Assembly: GCA_041611095.1 (NCBI GenBank)
Contig: JBFINP010000007.1
Span: 11,055 to 75,054, forward strand
DNA from: Acidimicrobiia bacterium
GTDB lineage: Bacteria; Actinomycetota; Acidimicrobiia; Spongiisociales; UBA5794
Direction: 5' to 3'
DNA length: 64,000 nt
Part shown: positions 20,099 through 30,008 of the stretch, one piece after another
How the letters are laid out: the number at the start of each line of letters is the position of its first letter
Numbering within the stretch: position 1 is the stretch's first letter
Program-made: the position numbers and the translations under genes
The notes under the pieces: model-generated
Database searches by the model: none
Told to the model about the DNA's origin: nothing
Seen by the model: the letters and a program-made list of their open reading frames with translations, nothing else

Positions 20099-20997
20099 TC
20101 GCGGGCGGCACCCTCACCTCGATCCCCGGGATCGAGGTCGGGCACTGGTCACACGAGGAAGCCCGCACGGGAGTCACCGTCACCACCTTCCCCGAGCCCA
20201 ATGTCGCCGCCGTCGAGGTCCGCGGCGGAGCACCGGGCACGCGAGAGACCGCCCTGCTAGGCCCGGCGATGCGGATCCAGATGATCCAGGCGATCGTCCT
20301 CTCCGGGGGTTCCGCCTTCGGCCTTGCGGCCGCCGACGGAGTGGTCGCTCGACTCGAGGGCGATGGCCGCGGCCACGTGACGTCCGTAGCCCGGGTTCCG
20401 ATCGTCCCGGCCGCGATCCTCTACGACCTGGGTGTCGGGGACGCGTCGGTCCGACCCGGACCGTCCGAGGGCGCCGCGGCCTACGACGCCCGAAGCGCCG
20501 ATCCCGTGCCGAGTGGGGCCGTGGGAGCCGGGACCGGAGCCAGCGTCGGCGTCTGGCGCGGCTTCGACCATGCGAAGCGAGGGGGCCTGGGCTCGACGGC
20601 GGTCTCCGCCGGAGCTGCGACTGTTGGGGCCCTCGTCGTCGTGAACGCCGCCGGCGACGCCTTCACACTCGAGGGTGAGCCCCTCACCGGTGGACCGCCC
20701 GTGCCCGGTCCACCCGGGATCCCCCTCACCGCTGTCGAGCAGACCACGCTCGTCGTCCTCGCCACCGATGCTGCGCTCACCAGGCCCGAGCTCATGCGGA
20801 TCATCGTCAGAGCCCACGACGCGATAGGCGTCTGCATTCGCCCGGCCCACACCGGCTACGACGGGGACATCGTGTTCGCGGTCTCCTGCGGCGAGGTTGC
20901 GGGAATCTCGGTCGAGGACCTCGGCGAGGCTGCCTTCGCGGCGACGGGTCGAGCCATCGAGCTGGGCGTGAGAATGAGTGCTGAGGCTGCTGCATGA
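20095..20997 (+). CDS. P1 (S58/DmpA-like) family aminopeptidase
   Basis: ATG at 20095 overlaps the alr stop (ATGA). GIEVGHWSHEEARTGVTV...LSGGSAFGLAAADGV...is typical of L-aminopeptidase/D-esterase (Ntn) proteins. Confidence 0.7.
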   Translation: MIAGGTLTSIPGIEVGHWSHEEARTGVTVTTFPEPNVAAVEVRGGAPGTRETALLGPAMRIQMIQAIVLSGGSAFGLAAADGVVARLEGDGRGHVTSVARVPIVPAAILYDLGVGDASVRPGPSEGAAAYDARSADPVPSGAVGAGTGASVGVWRGFDHAKRGGLGSTAVSAGAATVGALVVVNAAGDAFTLEGEPLTGGPPVPGPPGIPLTAVEQTTLVVLATDAALTRPELMRIIVRAHDAIGVCIRPAHTGYDGDIVFAVSCGEVAGISVEDLGEAAFAATGRAIELGVRMSAEAAA

Positions 20998-21650
20998 CCG
21001 CTGAAGAACGCGCCGCGGACCTCGAGATCCTCGCCACCCGTGCTGCCACGTGCCGCGATTGCAGGCTCCACGAGGCCCGGACCAACGTCGTGTTCGGCTC
21101 GGGCGACCCCGACGCCGATCTCATGATCGTGGGCGAGGGACCGGGCCAGCGTGAGGACGAACAGGGCCTTCCGTTCGTCGGTCCCTCGGGTCGCCTCCTC
21201 GACGAGCTTCTCGGCCAGATCGGGCTCGAGCGTGCCCAGGTGTACATCGGCAACGTCGTCAAGTGCCGCCCGCCCGGCAACCGCGACCCGCGACCCGACG
21301 AGATCGACTCGTGCAAGGGCTACCTACGCGAGCAGCTGCGCCTCGTCGATCCCAAGGTCGTGCTCACGCTCGGCAACTTCTCGAGCAAGCTGCTGCTCCG
21401 CACCGACACGGGCATCACGAGACTCCGCGGTCGAGCCTACGAGTGGTGGGGCCGGTACCTCGTGCCGACCTTCCACCCGGCTGCCGCTCTACGGGGGAGC
21501 GCTCGGGTGCGCAGCGAGATGGAATACGACTTCGGGATCGTGCGCGCCGTCATCGACGGTAACCTTCCAGGGATGCGCAACAACGAGGGCCAGGAAGCCC
21601 CCGCAGGCGCCGTGGAAGCCGATCCGGAGCAGCTCGACCTCTTTCGATGA
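20994..21650 (+). CDS. uracil-DNA glycosylase, family 4 (Fe-S type)
   Basis: CRDCRLHE..., GEGPGQREDEQGLPFVGPSG and HPAAALR motifs. ATGA overlap with the preceding gene. Confidence 0.85.
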   Translation: MTAEERAADLEILATRAATCRDCRLHEARTNVVFGSGDPDADLMIVGEGPGQREDEQGLPFVGPSGRLLDELLGQIGLERAQVYIGNVVKCRPPGNRDPRPDEIDSCKGYLREQLRLVDPKVVLTLGNFSSKLLLRTDTGITRLRGRAYEWWGRYLVPTFHPAAALRGSARVRSEMEYDFGIVRAVIDGNLPGMRNNEGQEAPAGAVEADPEQLDLFR

Positions 21651-22129
21651 ATATCCACGCTTCCGAACCAGGCTCCTCACTCGAGGCGACATCGCAGTCG
21701 CCCGCCGACACGCTGGCGCTCGGCCGCCGGCTTGCAGGCGTGCTGCTGCCGGGCGACATCGTGCTGCTCGTGGGTCGGCTCGGAGCCGGCAAGACTCTCC
21801 TGGCGGCAGGGATCGCCGAGGGGCTCGGCGTCGAGGACACCGTGACCAGCCCCACCTTCGTGCTCGTGCGGAGCTACGACGGTCTCGTCCCCGTTCATCA
21901 CGCCGATTTGTATCGCATAGGCTCGAACGGCGAGTTCGACGACCTCGACCTCCTCGAGCAATCGCAGGACGGCGTGCTCCTCATCGAGTGGGGGAATGTC
22001 GTGGCCTCGGCCCTTCCGCCCGACCATCTCATGGTGGAGCTGCTGATCGACGGTGAGCATCAGCGCACGTTGCGATTCACGCCGTACGGTGGCTTCTGCA
22101 ATCGCGAGCTGACTGGGCTGATCGCATGA
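21647..22129 (+). CDS. tsaE: tRNA t6A37 biosynthesis ATPase TsaE
   Basis: P-loop GRLGAGKT...SPTFVLV..HADLYR. ATGA overlap. Confidence 0.88.
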   Translation: MNIHASEPGSSLEATSQSPADTLALGRRLAGVLLPGDIVLLVGRLGAGKTLLAAGIAEGLGVEDTVTSPTFVLVRSYDGLVPVHHADLYRIGSNGEFDDLDLLEQSQDGVLLIEWGNVVASALPPDHLMVELLIDGEHQRTLRFTPYGGFCNRELTGLIA

Positions 22130-22842
22130 AGATCCTCGCCATCGAGACCGCCACGAAGGCCAGTTCGGTCGCGCTCGGCGAGGACGGCAGTCTCATCGCG
22201 ATGTCGGTGAGCGTGGATCCACGAGGCCACGTCGGTTTCCTCGTTCCCGCGATCGACTTCTGCTTCGAGCGGGCCGACTGGGCTCCCGACGAGCTCGATG
22301 CCGTCGCCGTGGACGTCGGGCCCGGTCCCTACACCGGGCTGCGTGCCGGTATCGCCACCGCCCAGGCGGTCGCCGCCGCCGTGGGGGCCCCGGTCATCCC
22401 CGCCAGCTCGCTCACGGTGCTCGCGTTGCGTGCCGCCACCGGGCGGCGCCGTATCTGGTCCCTCGTCGACGTGCGCCGCGGCCAGATCGCCGCCGCCCCC
22501 TTCACGCCGGTACCCGGAGGCGTGGTGCCGGATGGCCCTCGTGAGCTGCTCTCGCCCGAGGAGTTTCATGCCATCCTCGACGCCGACAGGAACGACACGC
22601 TCATCGTCGGCGAGTGGCAGACCCTGCCCGAGTCGGTGTTTCGAGGCATCCACAGGGCCCGCAAGGGTCGCCCCCGGTACCCGTCGGCCGACGTCCTGCT
22701 CGAGATCGCCGAGCTGCGAGCCTCCCAGGGTGAGCTGTCGGGGCCCGAGGCCCTGCAGCCGATCTACCTGCGGGACCCCGACGCTCGGATCAACTGGCCC
22801 GACTTCCGTGAAGAGGGCGTGTGGCCGGGAGCCGCATCATGA
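22126..22842 (+). CDS. tsaB: tRNA t6A37 biosynthesis protein TsaB
   Basis: MKILAIETATKASSVAL...VDVGPGPYTGLRAGIATAQ. Confidence 0.88.
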   Translation: MKILAIETATKASSVALGEDGSLIAMSVSVDPRGHVGFLVPAIDFCFERADWAPDELDAVAVDVGPGPYTGLRAGIATAQAVAAAVGAPVIPASSLTVLALRAATGRRRIWSLVDVRRGQIAAAPFTPVPGGVVPDGPRELLSPEEFHAILDADRNDTLIVGEWQTLPESVFRGIHRARKGRPRYPSADVLLEIAELRASQGELSGPEALQPIYLRDPDARINWPDFREEGVWPGAAS

Positions 22843-23366
22843 GCGCGGATACGACACGACGAGCCGATCCGATGGTCGTGCGGCCGATGACCGGGAGCGA
22901 TTTGCCCACGGTGGTCGAGCTCGAGCGGCGCATCTACCCCCAGCCCTGGTCGCTCCGGGTCTTCGAGGATGAGCTGGCGCAGTCGGGGCGGGTCTACGTC
23001 GTTGCCCAGGCGGGCGACCGTATCGTCGGATACGGCGGAGTGATGGTCATCGTCGACGATGCCCACGTGACCACCCTCGCCGTCGATCCAGATTCCCGCC
23101 GGGACCGGCTCGGGAGCCGGTTGATGCTGCAGCTGGTGGATGCCGTGCTCGAGATGGGTGCCAAGCACCTCACACTCGAGGTGAGGATGTCGAACCAGGC
23201 GGCGCAGCGCCTGTATGCCAAGTTCGGGCTGGCACCGGTGGGCGTGCGCAAGGAGTACTACGGCGACGAAGACGCCCTGGTCATGTGGGCGATCGACATC
23301 GACGGGACCGATTATCTCGTGAGACTCGAGCGGCTGCGTCGGGATCTGGAGACACCGCATGCGTGA
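22839..23366 (+). CDS. rimI: ribosomal-protein-alanine N-acetyltransferase (GNAT)
   Basis: The ATG at 22839 forms an ATGA overlap with the tsaB stop. ...ELERRIYPQPWS...LAVDPDSRRDRLGSRLM. Conserved tsaB-rimI-tsaD context. Confidence 0.8.
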   Translation: MSADTTRRADPMVVRPMTGSDLPTVVELERRIYPQPWSLRVFEDELAQSGRVYVVAQAGDRIVGYGGVMVIVDDAHVTTLAVDPDSRRDRLGSRLMLQLVDAVLEMGAKHLTLEVRMSNQAAQRLYAKFGLAPVGVRKEYYGDEDALVMWAIDIDGTDYLVRLERLRRDLETPHA

Positions 23367-24369
23367 CGAACCGTTGATCCTCGGTATCGAGACGAGCTGC
23401 GACGAGACGGGAGTAGCGGTCGTCAAGGGTATGGGCGTGCTCTCGTCGGTGCTGGCGTCGCAGGCCGAAGCTCACGCCCGCTTCGGCGGCGTCGTCCCCG
23501 AGGTGGCCGCCCGCGCCCACGTCGACGCCATCCGGCCGCTCGTGCACGAGGCCATGCGCCAGGCCGGCGTCCATTCCGACGACATCGATGCCATCGCCGC
23601 GACCCAAGGTCCGGGTCTCGTCGGATCCCTCGTAGTCGGCTACGCCTTCGCCAAGTCGCTGGCGTGGACCCTGCGCAAGCCGTTCATCGGGGTCGATCAC
23701 ATGGAGGGCCACCTCTTCGCCCCGCGCCTCGACCACGAGGACTATCGCCCCCCGGCCGTCGTCCTGCTGGCTTCCGGCGGTCACAGCCAGATCGTGCTGG
23801 TCCGCGACTGGGGCGACTACGAGATCCTCGGCAGCACCATCGACGACGCCGCCGGTGAAGCCTTCGACAAGCTCGCCCGGTTCATGGGTCTCGGCTTCCC
23901 CGGCGGTCCGGCCATCGACCGTGCCTCAGAGGGTGGTGACCCCAACGCGGTGACATTCCCACGGGCGCTGCGCGACCGACCCTTCGATCTGTCGTTCTCG
24001 GGGCTCAAGACCTCGGTCACGACGTTCCTCGAGAAGGCGAAGGCGGCCGATGATGTCCCGCCGCTGAACGACGTCGCCGCATCGATCCAGGAAGCCATCG
24101 TCGATGCCCTCGTCGAGAAGACGTTCAACGCCGTGCGCGAGACCGGCGCCAAGGTCGTGGCCGGCGGGGGAGGCGTGCTGGCGAACCGCCGTCTCCGGCA
24201 GCGCATGGCCGAGGAGGCAGATGCAGCCGGTGTCGAGATGTTCGTGCCTTCACCGGGGCTGTGCACCGACAACGGCGCCATGATCGCCGCCGCCGCCGAG
24301 TTCTGGATGCTGGCGGGCCGGGACACGCCATGGCGCAGCGACGTCGACCCGGGTCTCAAGCTGGCCTGA
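23359..24369 (+). CDS. tsaD: tRNA N6-adenosine threonylcarbamoyltransferase
   Basis: ILGIETSCDETGVAVV...HMEGHL...; 336 aa. Confidence 0.95.
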   Translation: MRDEPLILGIETSCDETGVAVVKGMGVLSSVLASQAEAHARFGGVVPEVAARAHVDAIRPLVHEAMRQAGVHSDDIDAIAATQGPGLVGSLVVGYAFAKSLAWTLRKPFIGVDHMEGHLFAPRLDHEDYRPPAVVLLASGGHSQIVLVRDWGDYEILGSTIDDAAGEAFDKLARFMGLGFPGGPAIDRASEGGDPNAVTFPRALRDRPFDLSFSGLKTSVTTFLEKAKAADDVPPLNDVAASIQEAIVDALVEKTFNAVRETGAKVVAGGGGVLANRRLRQRMAEEADAAGVEMFVPSPGLCTDNGAMIAAAAEFWMLAGRDTPWRSDVDPGLKLA

Positions 24370-24373
24370 ATCG

Positions 24374-25384
24374 TCAGGCCGGGGCGTCGAGCTGGGCGAG
24401 GGCAATCCGGGCCTCGTTCCACACCGGACCCCGGTGCCGACCCGAGCCCAGGGTGAGCACGTGCTCCAGTGCGAGCCGGTACGCCACGGTGTGGGCGAGG
24501 TCGGCCGCAACCGCGACGTCGGGCTCGACACCGCGACCCTCCCAGTTGTCACCGATAACCGGATTCACGGGGTAACCGGACGGGACCGAGAACATCAGGT
24601 GGGGGCCGACCCGGTAGCGGTAGTCGAAGTTCGCAGCTCCTGCGGTCCGTTCGCCGACGATGGTCGCCCGGCCGTGGTGCCGGAGGTCGTAGCTCATGCC
24701 CTCGGCGGCGGAGATGCTCTCGGCGCTCGTCAGGAGAAAGACCGGCTTGCTCCCGCCGAACACGGGCTCTGGCACCGAGTGCGTCGAGATCTCGAGGGTG
24801 CGATCGTCGCCCGGGAAGTGGAGGGAGCTGAGCGGGACGGGTTCGTCGAACAGGAACGAGCAGACGAGGGCGACCATATCCGGCTCTCCACCTCCGCAGC
24901 GACGTAGATCGATCAGGAGGACGTCCGTGTCGGCGACGAGGTGCATCGCGGCGACGGCCGCCGCCTGCGACATCGTGGTCGGGTAGAAGCGGCGGATGTC
25001 GACGTAGCCGACGTTGCCAGGTAGGCGCTCGACTCGTGCGATGCCGTGGGCGTCCAGGCGCGCCTCAGCGGGATGTCGTCCCGATTCCGGGACGACCGCG
25101 CCGATCTCCATCGTCAGTTCTGCGACGGAGTGTCGGAGCCGTAGGTGGAGATCGCCGCTGGCCACGATCGTATCTTCTGTCACCGCTGCGGCGAACGAGC
25201 CGTCGTCGGCGATGTCGTACGCCCCGGCAGCCAGCCGTTCGCGGAGCCGTTGCGTCACCCGAGCTGTCACCTCCGGGAAGAGGTAGTGCGTGTCGACGAG
25301 GTCGATGAGGACCTCGACCTCGGACGTCCGATCGTGAAACGGTCGGGCCACCCGGCTCAAGCTAGTGCTGCCCCGTGGTCTCAC
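24374..25384 (-). CDS. S41 family peptidase (tail-specific protease/IRBP-like), no obvious signal peptide
   Basis: VGYVDIRRF...VLLIDLRRCGGGEPDM...LLTSAESISAAEG pattern. The GTG start overlaps the upstream gene's stop (GTGA). Confidence 0.6.
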   Translation of the reverse strand: MRPRGSTSLSRVARPFHDRTSEVEVLIDLVDTHYLFPEVTARVTQRLRERLAAGAYDIADDGSFAAAVTEDTIVASGDLHLRLRHSVAELTMEIGAVVPESGRHPAEARLDAHGIARVERLPGNVGYVDIRRFYPTTMSQAAAVAAMHLVADTDVLLIDLRRCGGGEPDMVALVCSFLFDEPVPLSSLHFPGDDRTLEISTHSVPEPVFGGSKPVFLLTSAESISAAEGMSYDLRHHGRATIVGERTAGAANFDYRYRVGPHLMFSVPSGYPVNPVIGDNWEGRGVEPDVAVAADLAHTVAYRLALEHVLTLGSGRHRGPVWNEARIALAQLDAPA

Positions 25385-26922
25385 CGCATCAGCCGGTCGG
25401 TGAGATCGACGACATCGCGGTCGTCGCCCTCACCAGGCACGAAGAACGCTCGCTGCTCGATGTCGCCGAGGCCGGTGCCGAGTGCGCAATCGGTCGTGCG
25501 TCGAAACGCATCGATGGGTGAGGCCAGCCGGCCGGAAGGGCACCCGGGTGCGGCAATCGCGAGCAGAACTCCCATCCTCTCTACGAAGTCGCCGTCGCTC
25601 CATTCGGCGGGCGGCACACGCCCCTGATCGGCGCCATCTGGGCCGTGGTCAGCCGTGAGGACGATGACCGTGTCCGGTCGGGGCACTGCATCGAGCACCT
25701 CGAGCACGAGCCGGTTGAGGCACGTGATCTCCTCCCCATACGCGATGCGTCGCCGGGCGACGACCTCGTCCGTCATCTCGGGGGTGACCATGTTCACGGC
25801 GTTGCGCCAGGCCGTCACCTGGAGCCGGCAATCCTCGTCCACCTGGAGGGGAGGGTGGGGGAGGGTGATGTGGGCGAACAGCAGCCTCGGACGCTCGCTC
25901 GTCTCGGACACCACGTCCGGCAGCCGCTCGAGCTGGCGGAGGCTCTGTGACGCAAACGGATGGGCGAGGAGGGAGTTGGTGAGGGGCTGCAGGACCGTCA
26001 GCCGGCTGAGCATCTCGGCGGTACGGCGGACGACCCCAGTCCGTACGCAGCGATCCATGAGGCGCGAGCAGTTGGAACCATCCCATCCGTTCTCCACGAA
26101 CGTGATCTCGTACCCGGCTTCGCGGAACAGAGAGAAGAACGGGTTGTCGCCTCCGAGGAGCTGACGTCCCATCGCGTGCTCGGCAGCGGAGACCGGGCCT
26201 GCTTCCAACGGATGACCCATCGTCAGCATGCTCGACATGGACGCCCAAGTCGCCGAGTAGCCGGTGAAGGCGTCGGAGGAGACGACGAAGCCCCTGTTCA
26301 CGAGCTCGGCGAGGAATGGGCCGTTGTCGTACCCGTAGCGAGAGGCGAGCACGTCCGTGCGCGCATAGCCGTCGAGGATGAGAACGATCACGTCGGGTTT
26401 CGGCGCGTCATCGGCGACGCTGGCGGCGATGGGGGGATAGCCAGCCGGCGTCACCGCCATCCGGTTCCGGATGTCGAGCACGGTGGCGCCGACGATCACG
26501 AGGGTCAGCAGGGTGAGCACGATGGGGACGAACGCTCTGTCCGCGAGCCTCCCCACCAGGATCAGTATGCCGACTGCATGGGCGACCGGGATCGCACTCT
26601 CGAGCAGGAAGATGTCCGCATCGAGGGCACGGCCGATCAACGTGAATGCGGGCCATGTGAACAGGACGATGGTCCACGCCGCCGTGAGGGCGAGCGCTGT
26701 CCTGAGATCGTGCGACATCGCACGGACCACGAGATACAGCATGGCGACGAAGAGTGCGATCAGCACCGTGCCGAGCACGACGTGATAGGGACGGAAAGAG
26801 TGGATCGTGAGGCCCGCGAGCAGGAGGGCGGGCACCGGTACCACCAGGATCACGGGGATCACCCAAAGCAGCACGGACCCGTGACGCGCCCGGGTGCCGG
26901 GGGCCGGCGAAGTGTGGTCCAT
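25381..26922 (-). CDS. membrane-anchored sulfatase / LTA-synthase-like (alkaline phosphatase superfamily) protein
   Basis: Start moved to MDHTSPAPG (cat 26920..26922). About 5 N-terminal TM helices, followed by VIVLILDGYARTD...and VIVLTADHGP metal/nucleophile motifs. Confidence 0.6.
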   Translation of the reverse strand: MDHTSPAPGTRARHGSVLLWVIPVILVVPVPALLLAGLTIHSFRPYHVVLGTVLIALFVAMLYLVVRAMSHDLRTALALTAAWTIVLFTWPAFTLIGRALDADIFLLESAIPVAHAVGILILVGRLADRAFVPIVLTLLTLVIVGATVLDIRNRMAVTPAGYPPIAASVADDAPKPDVIVLILDGYARTDVLASRYGYDNGPFLAELVNRGFVVSSDAFTGYSATWASMSSMLTMGHPLEAGPVSAAEHAMGRQLLGGDNPFFSLFREAGYEITFVENGWDGSNCSRLMDRCVRTGVVRRTAEMLSRLTVLQPLTNSLLAHPFASQSLRQLERLPDVVSETSERPRLLFAHITLPHPPLQVDEDCRLQVTAWRNAVNMVTPEMTDEVVARRRIAYGEEITCLNRLVLEVLDAVPRPDTVIVLTADHGPDGADQGRVPPAEWSDGDFVERMGVLLAIAAPGCPSGRLASPIDAFRRTTDCALGTGLGDIEQRAFFVPGEGDDRDVVDLTDRLMR

Positions 26923-27063
26923 GTCGCAACCCCTTCCTGCGACGCCTGGCGATATGGCTGCTGCTTCTGCTGCCCGGCCCTGCTGTCGGGAATGGTAACG
27001 GGAGTACCCGAGACGACGCTCACCGTGTGCGTCGCAGCGGCTGGCACTCCACGGACCCATCCG

Positions 27064-27090
27064 CTAGCACTCAGTTTGCGAGAGTGCTAG
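27064..27090. promoter_or_regulatory. CIRCE (HrcA operator) copy 1
   Basis: CTAGCACTC-AGTTTGCGA-GAGTGCTAG versus the consensus TTAGCACTC-N9-GAGTGCTAA. Confidence 0.85.
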
Positions 27091-27093
27091 TGT

Positions 27094-27120
27094 CTGGCAC
27101 TCGCAGGTATCGACTGCTAA
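27094..27120. promoter_or_regulatory. CIRCE copy 2 (degenerate)
   Basis: CTGGCACTC-GCAGGTATC-GACTGCTAA, 3 nt after copy 1 and 28 nt before the groES ATG. Confidence 0.55.
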
Positions 27121-27148
27121 TCGCCTCTCGACCCAAGGAGGGAGTCGA

Positions 27149-29088
<1,940 letters not shown>

Positions 29089-29097
29089 GGAATAGGT

Positions 29098-29122
29098 CTT
29101 GGGGGCGCCCAGCGCCCCCAAG
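29098..29122 (+). terminator. perfect 11-bp GC hairpin immediately after groEL (terminator-like, no U tract)
   Basis: CTTGGGGGCGC-CCA-GCGCCCCCAAG. Confidence 0.45.
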
Positions 29123-29136
29123 ACGCATTCGAGCGA
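29102..29136 (+). repeat. 35-bp direct repeat, copy 1 (contains the palindrome GGGGCGC-CCA-GCGCCCC)
   Basis: GGGGCGCCCAGCGCCCCCAAGACGCATTCGAGCGA; identical to 29224..29258. Confidence 0.9.
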
Positions 29137-29223
29137 CCGTCGTCGCCGAGCAGGCGACGAGAGGGAGCGAGCCCCGGGCCCGGCGACTGCCGGGCCCGAG
29201 TTGTTGGCGGGTCGGTTGGGGGA

Positions 29224-29258
29224 GGGGCGCCCAGCGCCCCCAAGACGCATTCGAGCGA
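29224..29258 (+). repeat. 35-bp direct repeat, copy 2
   Basis: Identical 35-mer, 122 bp downstream of copy 1. The flanks are also related (GGTC..TTGGGGG upstream; GAGCCCCGGGCCCGGCGAC vs GAGTCCCGTGGGAACCCGGGCGAC downstream). Confidence 0.9.
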
Positions 29259-29346
29259 GGCGAGTCCCGTGGGAACCCGGGCGACCAGACGCGGCATCCA
29301 AGAGGTGTGCGTCGGGACCTGCCGACCCGGACTCAGGGAGGGTGAC

Positions 29347-29952
29347 ATGGATCACGTCATTCGGCGAAAGGCCCTGTTGGTGCCGGTTCTCGCCTTGCTG
29401 TTCTCCTTTGCGACGGTCGGGACCGCGCAGGCCTCCTGTGCCGAGCGACCGCCCCTCGCTCGAGCGATTGCCGACGCCGAGGCCGTCTTCATCGGCACCG
29501 CCGTGCGTCTCGATTGGGACGGTCGTGTTGCGACGTTCCAGGTCGATGAGATCTGGAAGGGGTCCGTGGAAGGGACCGCCGTCGTCAACGGAGCAGGTGT
29601 GGGCATGGCCGAGCTCGAGACTGCCAAGGCGGAGGGCCAGGATCTGTTCACCAGCGTCGATCGTACGTACGAGCAGGGTGCGCTCTACTTCGTGGTTGCC
29701 TACGGGCGAGATGCGGGGGCACTCCTCGACAGCGGCTGCAGCTACACCCAGACGTATGTGCCTTCGCTGGCGGAGTTCCGTCCGGACAGTGCGCATCCAC
29801 CGGTGGGTGGCGGGGATGCACCTGGGCAGCCGGCCGATGCCGACCTCGACCTGGTGGCGGTGCTGGCGGGAGCCGCGCTCCTGGCAGGCGGCCTGGTGTT
29901 GGGTGTATACCTGGTTCGGCGCCGCCGGCGGTCCGGCCCAGCCGCGGTCTGA
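29347..29952 (+). CDS. secreted hypothetical protein with an N-terminal Cys module (TIMP/NTR-like pattern) and a C-terminal TM anchor
   Basis: ATG at 29347 with GGGAGGGTGA upstream. Signal peptide ...TVGTAQA|SC. Mature N-terminus SCAERPPLARAIADAEAVFIGTAV. C-terminal LVAVLAGAALLAGGLVLGVYLVRRRRR. Confidence 0.5.
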   Translation: MDHVIRRKALLVPVLALLFSFATVGTAQASCAERPPLARAIADAEAVFIGTAVRLDWDGRVATFQVDEIWKGSVEGTAVVNGAGVGMAELETAKAEGQDLFTSVDRTYEQGALYFVVAYGRDAGALLDSGCSYTQTYVPSLAEFRPDSAHPPVGGGDAPGQPADADLDLVAVLAGAALLAGGLVLGVYLVRRRRRSGPAAV

Positions 29953-30008
29953 TCCGCCTGCCGGGCTCACGGCTTTCGTCTCCTCAGCCTCGGTGCGACA
30001 GTGGAGGC

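Noticed and set aside
29102-29258. Possible CRISPR-like repeat
   Set aside because: There are only two copies, the 87-bp spacer is itself partly duplicated, and no cas genes are nearby. A local duplication or REP-like element is more plausible.
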